From assembly GCA_963744145.1 (NCBI GenBank), contig CAVUSO010000001.1, positions 6,304,001 to 6,368,000 of the forward strand: a DNA stretch of 64,000 nt, read 5' to 3'. The notes beneath the pieces were generated by a model. That model saw only the letters and a program-made list of their open reading frames with translations, had not been told where the DNA came from and searched no databases. Position numbers and translations under genes: made by a program. This DNA comes from an uncultured cyanobacterium. GTDB lineage: Bacteria > Cyanobacteriota > Cyanobacteriia > Cyanobacteriales > CAWUOF01. Positions 1 to 9,656 of this stretch are shown piece by piece. Every line of letters begins with the position of its first letter. Position 1 is the first letter of the stretch.

Positions 1-243
1 GAAGAATATGTCATTAATGCCTCACTGCGTGCAGATCTAGAACAATTAATGGCAGAATTAACACCACAGCAACGGGAAGTCTTAGCCCTACGCTTTGGTT
101 TAGAAGATGGGAAAGGGATGACTCTGTCCAAAATCGGCGATTTACTGAATATTAGCCGCGAACGAGTGAGACAGATTGAGCGAGAGGCTCTCAGTAAACT
201 GCGGAAACGCAAATCTGAAATGGGAGAATATATAGCTAGTTAA
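1..243 (+). CDS. RpoD/SigA-family (group 2-like) sigma factor, C-terminal region 4, 5'-truncated by the window
   Basis: Open frame from base 1; region-4 HTH signature LTPQQREVLALRFGL...ISRERVRQIEREAL. Confidence 0.9.
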   Translation, partial: EEYVINASLRADLEQLMAELTPQQREVLALRFGLEDGKGMTLSKIGDLLNISRERVRQIEREALSKLRKRKSEMGEYIAS

Positions 244-417
244 GGAGGAGTGAGCCAATCCGTCACACAAAGTTCGGTTTCGCCTACTATTATGTACAAA
301 TCATTTTGCTACATTAGTTAATCATAAGCAAAAACATCTTTTTCCTATTGTTCCACGTTTTTAATGTTAACTGATCCCACATTTTAGCTGGGTTTAATTG
401 CTACCAGGAGGTATAAG

Positions 418-759
418 GTGAATAATAAGTCTAATCGGATTCCAGAATTATTTGGAGGGGAAGGTGAAACTAACAATTTATTATGGCAATATGTGCAATC
501 AATGGCCCCTGATACAGTTTCCCAGCTTTCCAAACCCACATCGACCGAAGTATTTCAAGTAATGGAACGGAATATTGTGGGACTTTTGGGAAATCTCCCT
601 TCGGAACATTTTGGAGTAACTGTGACCACCAGTCGGGAAAATCTCGGTCGGCTGTTAGCTTCAGCGATGATTAGTGGTTACTTTCTGCGTAATGCTGAAC
701 AGAGAATGGCTTTTGAAAAATCTTTACAAGTTTCGGAAATTCGGGCTGAAGATGATTAA
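418..759 (+). CDS. DUF760 family protein
   Basis: Motifs NLLWQYVQS, GLLGNLPSEHF and LGRLLASAMISGYFLRNAEQR; AGGAGG RBS upstream. Confidence 0.85.
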   Translation: MNNKSNRIPELFGGEGETNNLLWQYVQSMAPDTVSQLSKPTSTEVFQVMERNIVGLLGNLPSEHFGVTVTTSRENLGRLLASAMISGYFLRNAEQRMAFEKSLQVSEIRAEDD

Positions 760-859
760 AGAAAATTAAATTAATCCTCTTTTTTGAAGGTTCGGCAGAT
801 AATGGTATGTATCTGCCGAATTATTTATTTGGTTGATTATTGTTGCCAATCTATTACCC

Positions 860-1279
860 ATGTCTGAAACACCTACTCCATTAGCCCATAAACATATTGG
901 TGTTGCTGTGATCTGGAACAACCAAGGTAAAATTTTAATTGATCGTCGTCGGCTCGGAGGATTACTAGGTGGGTTATGGGAATTTCCTGGAGGTAAAATT
1001 GAAATTGGTGAAACGATGAAAGCTTGTATTGTCCGGGAAATACGGGAAGAATTAGCCATCGAAGTTGAAGTTGGTGATCATTTGATCACGATTGACCACT
1101 CCTACAGTCATTTCCGAGTTACTCTCAATGTTTATCATTGTCATCATTTATCAGGAGAACCTCAACCTTTAGAATGTGATGAAATTCGTTGGGTAACAGT
1201 TGATGAAATTGACCAGTTTCCTTTTCCCGAAGCAAATATTCAGATTATTGAAGCTTTACGTCGGAATTCTCCTAGATAA
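860..1279 (+). CDS. mutT: Nudix 8-oxo-dGTP diphosphatase (MutT-like)
   Basis: Nudix box WEFPGGKIEIGET...REIREEL; ATG at 860 preferred over the track start at 833. Confidence 0.85.
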   Translation: MSETPTPLAHKHIGVAVIWNNQGKILIDRRRLGGLLGGLWEFPGGKIEIGETMKACIVREIREELAIEVEVGDHLITIDHSYSHFRVTLNVYHCHHLSGEPQPLECDEIRWVTVDEIDQFPFPEANIQIIEALRRNSPR

Positions 1280-1447
1280 TATTTACAGCCTATTCCAGGT
1301 TTATGAAGTATAGGAGTCTTGTTGGTAAGGTCAGATGGTATCCCTCTTTTATCACTTAGCGTCAGAGTATAATTGAGGAAAATCGCTCTTAAGCTGGTGC
1401 TGTCTATGGTAGAACGAAAGCAGAGTACCCCAACCGTAAACGAAAAA

Positions 1448-1525
1448 AATGGCTGGAAAAATCTCCTGAATAATTTACGTTTAATAATTCAGCATTTCGT
1501 CTATTTTAACCTGATTATCCCTATG
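1448..1525 (+). pseudogene. Short C-terminal fragment of an IS701-like transposase
   Basis: Translates NGWKNLLNNLRLIIQHFVYFNLII, which resembles from memory the C-terminus of cyanobacterial IS701-family transposases. Confidence 0.45.
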
Positions 1526-1542
1526 ATTGTCACTCTAGATAG

Positions 1543-1719
1543 TTGAACAAAGGAACAATGGTCTGAGTTTCTGAGTCAAATCCCGCTACAAAATTATAAC
1601 GACGCATTGCAGCGACGACAAGACAATGCCAAGTTATCAGGATTATCTGAACCGCCCAAAGAACGGGGAATAATGTGGTCAAGTAAAGCGCGTACTAGCA
1701 ATGCGCTCTGGTGAATGAC
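1543..1719 (-). pseudogene. 3' part of an HNH endonuclease gene, split by the IS605 element and frameshifted
   Basis: Minus strand reads CHSPERIASTRFT / DHIIPRSLGGSDNPDNLALSCRRCN / RRYNFVAGFDSETQTIVPLFN across two frameshifts. Confidence 0.8.
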
Positions 1720-1799
1720 AAATTTTAACTGCGCTGCAGAGCTTTCCTATGCAAGGGGTCGGGATAAGCGCTGCGGCTGTCTTCCGCCGTCAATATTAA

Positions 1800-2192
1800 T
1801 TAATTGTGTTGATTCTCAATATATTTTCTAACAGTTTCTTCAGAAGCATTGCCAACCGTCCCGCAAAAATAACTTCTAGTCCAAAGAGATGGAATCTTTT
1901 TGAGATCTGGGTATTCACTACGCAGTTGAAACGAGGTAAACCCTTTCAGTCTAAACATAATTTGGTCTGGGGCTAAATTAGGTGGAGCATCAACCAATAA
2001 ATGTACATGATCTGGCATTATTTCCATCGCTACGATAGAACAGTCTAACTCGATACATTTATCAGTTAAAAGTTGCTTTAGGCGTTCCGCTATACCTCCC
2101 ACTAATACTTTTTTGCGTCTAGCTGGTATCCAAACAAAGTGATACCTAATAAGTGTTACTGATGTACGTTTGGGTCTAAATTTATCTTGCAT
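1800..2192 (-). CDS. tnpA: IS200/IS605 Y1 (HUH) transposase TnpA
   Basis: YHFVW, MPDHVHLL (HUH), LWTRSYF and YIENQ motifs; GAGG RBS before the ATG at 2192. Confidence 0.93.
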   Translation of the reverse strand: MQDKFRPKRTSVTLIRYHFVWIPARRKKVLVGGIAERLKQLLTDKCIELDCSIVAMEIMPDHVHLLVDAPPNLAPDQIMFRLKGFTSFQLRSEYPDLKKIPSLWTRSYFCGTVGNASEETVRKYIENQHN

Positions 2193-2452
2193 ATACCTCT
2201 CAATTTGGCTGTAGATAGTCTTGACATAAATACAATAGCACACTAAAATAGCAGTGGGAGGTAAGAAAATGATTTCCAGCTACAAGTACAAGCTTAGGCC
2301 AAGTAAACAATAGGAAAAACAACTAGCTCAATGGTTGCCAATGTTACGCGCTCTTTATAACTGGTGTTTGCGCGACAGGATTGATGGTTGGCATCAGCAG
2401 TTTATTATGGGTGAATGTTGCGACCTAAGAACAAGAGCCATGGCCTGCCCTT

Positions 2453-2480
2453 TAGTACGGGCGTATAGCAATACGCCCCT
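2453..2480. repeat. 28-nt REP-like palindromic insertion in tnpB
   Basis: TAGTACGGGCGTATAGCAATACGCCCCT, one mismatch to the copy at 34327-34354. Confidence 0.85.
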
Positions 2481-3445
2481 GCTGTAGTCAGAGGAACTAA
2501 CTTAGCTAATCCTTGGAAAGATGGCGGAGGCAAAGCTAAAAAAGAAGGGGAAAAAGATAAATCACCCAAAAGAAGTGCCAGTTTAATGCAGGATGCTAAC
2601 TTGCAAGATTTAAAGACTGCAAGACCTTGGTATCAAAGCGTTGATGGTGGAGTATTAGGGGAAATTATAGCCAGGGTCAACGAGGCTTTTAACAAGTTCT
2701 TCAAAGGTGCGGGTTTCCCCAAATTTAAACGTCGCCATGATTTAAAATCTTTCTCCTATAAACCAGGAAGAGTGAAAATTAAAGGTAATAAAATTTATTT
2801 ACCTAAGATTGGCTGGATGCGTTTTCATAATTCACGTCCTATTCCCGATGGCTATGCGATTAAGACAGTAACTGTCAGACAAAAAGCTGACGGATGGTAT
2901 GTTTCTGTCTTGATTGAAGACAAAGAAATCCCGACCCCAACCACTATTCTAGATAGTGAAATCAAGACTATTGTTGGCTGTGATATGGGACTAGGAAAGT
3001 TGGTCTATTTATCAGATGGTAGTGCTATTAATAACCCGCGCTTTGCCACCAACAAGAAAACTAAACATTTAATGCGGATTAGACAACGGCGTGTTAATCG
3101 TAAGCAAAAAGGAAGTAAGAATCGTAACAGAGCTTTATTAAGAGTCAATAATTTGCACAACAAAATTCAGCAGCGACGTGAAGCTTATCAGTGGAATATT
3201 GCTAAGAAAATCATTGATAGAGCAGATGCTGTTGCAGTTGAGGACTTGCAAGTAAAAAATATGATGAAACGGTGTAAACCCGTTAAGTCTGAAACTGGGA
3301 GATTTTTACCTAATAATCAATCAGCTAAACGTGGTTTAAATCGTTCTATTGCAGACGCTGGCTGGTATGCGCTAACTCAAAAACTTGAGGATCTGGCTGT
3401 AAAGTCAGAAAAGAAACTTATGAGAGTTAACCCAAAGCATACCAG

Positions 3446-3473
3446 GTAGGGGCGTATTGCAATACGCCCCTAC
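3446..3473. repeat. Perfect 28-bp GTAG-type palindrome inserted in tnpB
   Basis: GTAGGGGCGTATTG/CAATACGCCCCTAC; its TAG ends ORF 2586-3449. Confidence 0.9.
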
Positions 3474-3649
3474 AGCAAATGTGGTCACGTAGATGCAGCT
3501 AGTAGAAATGGTGAGAAATTCTTATGTACTAATTGCGGTCATATTGATGATGCTAATTTGCAAGCTGCACGGAATGTGAAAGAGAAAGCAATTAAAACCT
3601 ACGGGCTAAATATTGTTAAAAGAATTAAATCAAAAACGGTACGGCGGGA

Positions 3650-3905
3650 CTCGTCGAAACCGATACAATTAAATCTCTTTGAGACTTGCCCTGAGCCTTG
3701 CCCTGAGCGTAGTCGAAGGGGTAGTCGAAGGGTGGAGTTGTATGAACGCTTGTCAGATAATACGCTGCCTATCAAAGGCAAACCGCGTGTGGGCAAGAAC
3801 AAGCGAGAATAAGCAATTATCTCTCTGGGATATTAAGGAAGCAATTTCTTAAGAATTCCATCCCCTTTAGGGGTGGGAGTGTCAAAATATTCACACAAAT
3901 ATTTC
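3650..3905 (+). ncRNA. Probable TnpB omegaRNA region (scaffold through the right end plus flanking guide), likely damaged; boundaries approximate
   Basis: Inferred only from position at the tnpB 3' end and the right-end hairpin. Confidence 0.35.
3685..3732 (+). repeat. Nested pair of 24-nt short dispersed repeats
   Basis: CTTGCCCTGAGC[CTTGCCCTGAGCGTAGTCGAAGGG]GTAGTCGAAGGG. Confidence 0.85.
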
Positions 3906-3946
3906 CCTCGTTCCCTAATTAATTGGCTTGTAGATTCATCAATCAT
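3886..3946 (-). pseudogene. 5' part of the interrupted HNH endonuclease gene
   Basis: MIDESTSQLIRERGKYLCEY; its ATG overlaps the stop of the upstream ORF (ATGA). Confidence 0.8.
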
Positions 3947-4179
3947 CTTTGCGCTACCATCATAGCATTAATATGGGTAAAGATCCGCTCTAATTCTCCA
4001 ATAGCTTCTAATTCAGATGTTTCTTCCATTGTTAATTGGTCAGTTTTCTTTTTTTCAAGTAGTTGTTCCATTCGTTCTTGAAGGTCGTTATTAAATTTGA
4101 ATAGCGTATGCTGTTCAACCTGTTCGAGTTTAATCTTACTAACCAGGGATGAAGGCTTAGAAATAAAGGATGTCACCAT
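3943..4179 (-). CDS. Small hypothetical protein coupled to the HNH gene (antitoxin-like)
   Basis: 78-aa helical ORF (LQERMEQLLEKKK...ELEAIGELERIFT) with an ATGA overlap into the HNH start. Confidence 0.65.
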   Translation of the reverse strand: MVTSFISKPSSLVSKIKLEQVEQHTLFKFNNDLQERMEQLLEKKKTDQLTMEETSELEAIGELERIFTHINAMMVAQR

Positions 4180-4364
4180 TTTTTTTAGTCCATTATAGAT
4201 TAATACGAGCTATGGGCAGGTTGATCATGGTGATCTGTTGGTGACAGAATTTATTGGTTAACCTGCCTCTACCAATTTTATCCTCTATTTGCAGGTTTTT
4301 GTAGGGGCGGATTCACCGATTAATTGGTCTACGCTACAGGATTACATAAGTTACACTACGTGAA

Positions 4365-4394
4365 GTAGGGGCGCAAAAGCTCTTGCGCCCCTAC
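4365..4394. repeat. GTAG-type REP-like hairpin
   Basis: GTAGGGGCGCAA-aagctc-TTGCGCCCCTAC; related GTAGGGGCG-type ends nearby at about 4212-4325. Confidence 0.8.
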
Positions 4395-4403
4395 AGGTTT
4401 TTG

Positions 4404-4988
4404 TTAGCGATTAATCCATAGAATCTCGTCAACAGCGATCGCCACATCCCTAAAAGCTAACGGTGAGATAGTATCACCGCGTCTGAATTGTTGAATACTC
4501 TCATAACCATTAGCGCTGGGAGTGCGATAAACTTCGACCAGTTCGGCTGGTATATTTACGATCCAAAGTTCAATAATTCCAGCTCTGGCATAGAGGACTG
4601 ACTTAACATTACGGTCATCGTCAATGCTGGTATCCGCTACTTCAATCAATAAATATACGTCTTGAGGCTGTGGGTGCGATTCGGTGTAAAAATCAGCGCG
4701 ACGTTTCAGAATTAATAGATCGGGTTGCGGTTCAAATTGTCCATTTAATCTAACTGGAGTTTGTGATGTGACTGTAGCCCGTTTACCCAAAGCGTCAAAG
4801 AAAATTTCCAACAACCGCGCAATACAACCCCCATGACGACTACCCATCGGTGCCATATAAACGATATCCCCATCAATTAGTTCTGTCCGTTCATCCGCTC
4901 CAATGATCCCAACCTCTCCCAGTTGGTAATATTCCTCTACCGTAAATTTTTTTCGCTCTGTTGCTACTAAAGACATCATCCTTACCAT
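4404..4988 (-). CDS. Uma2 family (DUF820) putative endonuclease
   Basis: FTVEEY, ELIDG, PQPDL, LLIEVADTS and YARAGIIELWIVN motifs. Confidence 0.9.
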   Translation of the reverse strand: MVRMMSLVATERKKFTVEEYYQLGEVGIIGADERTELIDGDIVYMAPMGSRHGGCIARLLEIFFDALGKRATVTSQTPVRLNGQFEPQPDLLILKRRADFYTESHPQPQDVYLLIEVADTSIDDDRNVKSVLYARAGIIELWIVNIPAELVEVYRTPSANGYESIQQFRRGDTISPLAFRDVAIAVDEILWINR

Positions 4989-5187
4989 CCGATTGTCAAC
5001 GTGGGTTCTACCTAACCATAAATTCTACTTGCGAAGATTGAGCTAATGCTGATCGTCCCGTAGGCGATCAAAAACGGCTCCACCATTGTTCGAGCGCGGG
5101 TCAAATTGGGTTTGAGGTAGTACAGAATTGATAGAATAGGAAGAGTTAATCATCAATTTAGCCCCCCAATAGAGCAGGAGTAATAGT

Positions 5188-5994
5188 ATGATCCAACAAC
5201 TCCAACCAGAAATCATCTATCCTGAGAGCGACGGTCAACCGATGGCTGATAATACTGAACAATTTAACTGGATTGTGATTATTAAAGAGAATTTAGAAAG
5301 ATTATTTGCTGGGATAGTTAATGTCTTTATCGCGGGGAATCTGCTCTGGTATCCAGTTCAGGGAAGTTTACAATCGATGGCACCCGATGTCATGGTAATC
5401 TTTGGGAGACCAAAAGGTAAACGCGGCTCTTATCAACAATGGCTCGAAGAAAATATTCATCCTCAAGTCGTCTTTGAAATTTTGTCTCCCAGCAATAAAG
5501 CTACCGAAATGTCTAATAAATTCCTATTGTATCAACAATATGGGGTGGAAGAATATTATATTTATTATCCCCAACGAGTCGAATTGAGTGGCTTTTTGCG
5601 TCGAGGAGATGTCTTAGAAGCGATCGACCAGATCCAAGGGTGGGTTAGTCCCAGATTAGGAATCAGATTTGAACTCACACCAGACACTTTAGAGATTTAT
5701 CGTCCCGATGGAGAAAAATTTCTCACCTCGATCGAACTCGATCAACTTACTCAACAAGAGCGTCAACGCGCTGAACAAGAGCGTCAACGCGCTGAACAAG
5801 AACGTCAACGCGCTGAACAAGAACGTCAACGTGCTGAACAAGAACGTCAACGTGCTGAACAAACTATGACCCAGCTTGAGCAAGAACGTCAACGTGCTGA
5901 TCAAACTATGACTCAGCTTGAGCAAGAAAGACAGAATTATCAAGATTTACTGGCACTATTGCAAGCCAAGGGTATTGATTTAGAAAAATTATAG
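5188..5994 (+). CDS. Uma2 family protein with a coiled-coil repeat tail
   Basis: YPESDGQPMADNT, APDVMV, FEILSPSN and YGVEEYY motifs; (QERQRAE)n tail. Confidence 0.9.
   Translation: MIQQLQPEIIYPESDGQPMADNTEQFNWIVIIKENLERLFAGIVNVFIAGNLLWYPVQGSLQSMAPDVMVIFGRPKGKRGSYQQWLEENIHPQVVFEILSPSNKATEMSNKFLLYQQYGVEEYYIYYPQRVELSGFLRRGDVLEAIDQIQGWVSPRLGIRFELTPDTLEIYRPDGEKFLTSIELDQLTQQERQRAEQERQRAEQERQRAEQERQRAEQERQRAEQTMTQLEQERQRADQTMTQLEQERQNYQDLLALLQAKGIDLEKL
5755..5928 (+). repeat. Coding tandem repeats: 5 x 21 bp, then about 1.6 x 42 bp
   Basis: CAAGARCGTCAACGYGCTGAA units encoding QERQRAE. Confidence 0.9.
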
Positions 5995-6019
5995 GAACTT
6001 ACTATAGGGTTTGATCATT

Positions 6020-6143
6020 CAATAGTCCGGACAATTTTCAGGTTGTAGGTTGAAATACTTGATCTACCGTTGGTAGATCGAGAGCAATCTGGGTGCGAAA
6101 CCCTGATTCTACCATTGGCAATCAAAAACTGTCCGAAGTATTG
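6020..6143. mobile_element. Candidate degenerate MITE
   Basis: Imperfect 20-bp inverted ends CAATAGTCCGGACAATTTTC and AAAAACTGTCCGAAGTATTG (4 mismatches); internal hairpin GATCTACC-gtt-GGTAGATC. Confidence 0.4.
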
Positions 6144-6189
6144 TAAATATAACTTCAAGTCTATTTAATCAGTCCCAAAAATTTACCTT

Positions 6190-7374
6190 ATGTCTCACCG
6201 TCCGATCTACTTAGATAACCAAGCAACAACACCTTTAGATGAAAAAGTTTTGGCAGCCATGCTACCTTACTTTACCGAACACTTCGGTAATCCGGCAAGT
6301 ATGAGCCATCAATATGGTTGGGAAGCACAATCAGCCGTGACCAAAGCTCGGAAAATCTGTGCAGAGTTAATCAATGCTACACCCGCAGAAATAATTTTTA
6401 CCAGTGGCGCGACCGAAGCAAATAATCTAGCCATCAAAGGAGTAGCCGAAGCTTACTTTACCAAAGGACGCCACATTATTACTGTCCAAACTGAACATAA
6501 TGCTGTACTCGATCCCTGTCGCTATTTGCAAACTTTAGGATTTGAAGTCACCTTTTTACCAGTTAAAGCAGATGGATTAATTGATTTAAATGAATTAGAG
6601 CAAGCTTTCCAGACTAATACCATTTTAGTTTCGGTGATGACAGCTAATAATGAAATTGGTGTGATCCAACCCGTCGCTGAAATTGGGGCAATGTGTCGCG
6701 ATCGCGATGTTCTGTTCCATACAGACGCGGCTCAAGCGATCGGCAAAATTCCTCTAGATGTGGAAGCAATGCACATCGATTTAATGTCCTTGACTGCACA
6801 TAAAATCTATGGTCCGAAAGGAATTGGGGCTCTGTATGTCCGTCGTCGTGATCCGCGAGTGCAATTAGCCCCCCAAATGCACGGAGGTGGACATGAACGG
6901 GGTTTACGTTCTGGTACTTTATATACACCTCAAATAGTTGGGTTGGGCAAAGCATTAGAAATCGCTAGCTCAGAAATGACATCAGAATCACAAAGACTGA
7001 TGCAATTACGTCAATATCTATGGGAAAGTTTGTCATCGGTAGGGAATATTATTCTCAATGGTCATCCACACCAACGACTTCCAGGTAATCTCAATGTGAG
7101 TATTGACCAAATTGATGCTCAAGCCTTACTTTTAGGCTTACAGCCAATAGTAGCCATATCTTCAGGTTCAGCTTGTACATCAACTAAATCTACTCCTTCC
7201 CATGTCTTACAAGCCTTGGGACGTCCCGATCTCCTCGCCTATGCTTCCCTGCGCTTTGGCATTGGTCGCTTTAATACCTTAGCAGAAATCGAGATCGTCG
7301 CGCAAACCGCGATCGCCACGATTAATTCCCTCCGTCAATTACAATCACGACAACAAGTCAAAGTTGTCAATTAA
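6190..7374 (+). CDS. iscS: IscS/NifS-type cysteine desulfurase
   Basis: YLDNQATTP, FTSGATEANN, HTDAAQ, AHKIYGPKG (PLP lysine) and SSGSACTS (catalytic Cys). Confidence 0.9.
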   Translation: MSHRPIYLDNQATTPLDEKVLAAMLPYFTEHFGNPASMSHQYGWEAQSAVTKARKICAELINATPAEIIFTSGATEANNLAIKGVAEAYFTKGRHIITVQTEHNAVLDPCRYLQTLGFEVTFLPVKADGLIDLNELEQAFQTNTILVSVMTANNEIGVIQPVAEIGAMCRDRDVLFHTDAAQAIGKIPLDVEAMHIDLMSLTAHKIYGPKGIGALYVRRRDPRVQLAPQMHGGGHERGLRSGTLYTPQIVGLGKALEIASSEMTSESQRLMQLRQYLWESLSSVGNIILNGHPHQRLPGNLNVSIDQIDAQALLLGLQPIVAISSGSACTSTKSTPSHVLQALGRPDLLAYASLRFGIGRFNTLAEIEIVAQTAIATINSLRQLQSRQQVKVVN

Positions 7375-7425
7375 CTGTTCCTACGATCGCGATCGCGATC
7401 GTTGGTTTAAACCCAACTTGACTAA

Positions 7426-8613
7426 TTACCACTCAACCTGCGATCGCTCCTGTAATACCCGCTTATACACCAGTTCTGTCTGTTTCGCTAATTTCACCCA
7501 GCTAAAGCGACGTTCTAGGTCTTGATAAGCATTACTGACTAACCATTGAGCATACTCTGGTTTTTTTAATACTTCCAGAATCCCCCAAGCCAAAGATTCA
7601 TAATTATTTACCCAAGTCACAATTCCCGTCTGTCCATGTTTAACTACTTCCGGAAAACCACCAGTATCTGAAACGACCACTGGAACTCGGGCTGCAAAAC
7701 TTTCTAAAGCCACAATTCCAAACGGTTCATACAAACTAGGAAAAACTGCACAATCAGCTACAGCTTGGAATTGGTTAAGATCAGCTTCGTGCATAAAACC
7801 AGTGAAATAACATTTATCCGCAATCCCAATATCCCAAGCAATTCGTTTGATATTGTCTGTATTACCACCACCAATAATCACAAATTTGACATTACCGCCC
7901 ATTTCCCACAACACCTTCGGGGCAGCACTCAACAGTACAGACACCCCCTTCTCATAGCTCATCCGACCGACATAGTAGACAATCTTTTGCTCATCTGTGG
8001 CAAAGTGACGACGGAAATTAATCGAGTCAAATTCTTCCCGACGGGGTTTTTTCTCTGGCCGAATGCCATTGTAAATGACATCCATTTTATCCCATTGGGT
8101 CGCCAAAGCTCGCTCTACTTCTCCCCGCATATAATTAGTGCAAACTATTACTCGCCAAGCATTATAGGCTAAGGCTTTTTCCTTCGTATTAATATATTGA
8201 TGGGTGCCGTCGTGAATCCCGTTGTAACGACCAAATTCTGTTGCATGGATCGTGGCAATCAGTGGCACTTTAAAATGATATTTGAGGGCGATCGCCGCAT
8301 CCCCGACCAGCCAATCATGGGCATGGAGCAAATCAAAAGGGCCTTCTGCTAACATCAACTTGCCCCCATGGCTGCCCATGCTATTATTCATGTTTGCTAC
8401 CCACTGAAAAAAGTCGTGACTCGCACCCACTCGGACGCGGTGAATTTTCACCCCATCTACTAATTCATAGAGAGGTGCTTGACCAAACTCCACCGTAATT
8501 AAGTGGATTTCGTGCCCTAGTTTCACCAGCTCTGGATATAATTCCGCAACATGACGAGCGATGCCCCCTACAATTCGGGGCGGAAATTCCCAGGCGAGTA
8601 CCAGAATCTTCAT
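7426..8613 (-). CDS. Glycosyltransferase family 4 protein
   Basis: WEFPPRIVGG, HAHDW and PSLYEPFGIVALES motifs. Confidence 0.9.
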   Translation of the reverse strand: MKILVLAWEFPPRIVGGIARHVAELYPELVKLGHEIHLITVEFGQAPLYELVDGVKIHRVRVGASHDFFQWVANMNNSMGSHGGKLMLAEGPFDLLHAHDWLVGDAAIALKYHFKVPLIATIHATEFGRYNGIHDGTHQYINTKEKALAYNAWRVIVCTNYMRGEVERALATQWDKMDVIYNGIRPEKKPRREEFDSINFRRHFATDEQKIVYYVGRMSYEKGVSVLLSAAPKVLWEMGGNVKFVIIGGGNTDNIKRIAWDIGIADKCYFTGFMHEADLNQFQAVADCAVFPSLYEPFGIVALESFAARVPVVVSDTGGFPEVVKHGQTGIVTWVNNYESLAWGILEVLKKPEYAQWLVSNAYQDLERRFSWVKLAKQTELVYKRVLQERSQVEW

Positions 8614-9656
8614 CAGCCCCAGTTCCCCAAACTTTAGATCGATTAAGTTAATACTTTACATATTTTTCGCACAGAACGCCCTTTTCTCTTCAGGGGTACT
8701 GCGATGTCGCCCATAATGATTGTCCCGCATTAGACTCACCCTGAAAGAAAGCCAACCAGAAAACCACCATCTAGCCATACTATCTTTCTGATTGTCTAGT
8801 CTTCATTTTTTATTTGCTCAAATCAATTTTTACTGGTAAATTATCTAATCTTCCCCCACCCCTCCATTATATCCCTAAATTTGCTAATCATCAGCTCTGA
8901 AAACATCCCATCTTCGCTTTGAGTCCCCTGGGTAAATTGGCCAAAAAGCACTGCTGATCGGTATCTGCAAAATATCTTTGCCCAATCTCAATTATTAACA
9001 TTTAAAATATTAGACATTCTTCCACACTTATGCTACTGCGGCAACACTAATAAATAGTCTCATCTAGAATAGGGTTAAGGTTGCTGGTGCAGGCAAAAAA
9101 ATAGATGATATAATCTAATGATTAATCATCCAAAAGCGTAAGTTTGCTCCCAAAGTATGGTAAAATTTCCCTAGAATTTAACAAATTTCAGCTTATTTGG
9201 GAAAAGCAGATTACAACTAGGGCAATATCCAGATTAACCGAGTTGATCCCCTAGTTGATCAATTGGGTGAAAAATGTCCTGATTTTCGGAGGTGTGAATA
9301 TCTGTAGCAAAAATCAAAGTTAGCCTGAACGGCCATAGCAATCAGAACTTTCATCGTAACTTTTGTAGTTTCCGCAACAACATTAGTTACCCCTATCCGT
9401 ATAGTAGTTAAAAATCTAAATTTTGGATCAGCATTTTTCAATCACCTCTTTCCCAGTTGATTTACCCGTTTATTTTTGCTGGAAAGCTTAAGCATATCCA
9501 TTTTGAAACGGAATAAGATATTAAATTATGAAAGAATTTGGGATCGAAGAAACGGAAAAGCTACATCCAAGAGAAATGGAAGATAATCATTATTATTTTC
9601 CCATTGTGCCAAATAACCATCTCCTCTATAAATCCTCAGTGCTGGAAACGGATTGC

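Larger units (their letters stand above)
2269..3812 (+). pseudogene. tnpB: TnpB RNA-guided endonuclease, disrupted
   Basis: N-terminus MISSYKYKLRPSKQ, then TAG at 2311; RuvC motifs GCDMG, AVEDL and DDANLQAA; Zn-ribbon remnant; broken by palindrome insertions at 2453-2480 and 3446-3473. Confidence 0.9.
1720..3885. mobile_element. IS200/IS605-family element with divergent tnpA and a degraded tnpB
   Basis: Right end has a subterminal hairpin TTCCATCCCC-TTTA-GGGGTGGGAG and ends in TCAA (3885); removing 1720-3885 restores the HNH frame YLCEYCHSPE; no target duplication. Confidence 0.9.

Noticed and set aside
1523..1714. Plus-strand near-open frame as a small gene
   Set aside because: It is the antisense shadow of the HNH pseudogene.
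3558..3812. 84-aa ORF as an independent gene
   Set aside because: It is the detached C-terminus of tnpB, including the nested repeat.
5755..5928. Regular 21-bp repeats as a CRISPR array
   Set aside because: No spacers; they are in-frame coiled-coil codons of the Uma2 tail.
8614..9527. Long intergenic region as an ncRNA or riboswitch
   Set aside because: No motif I could recognise; a covariance-model search would be needed.
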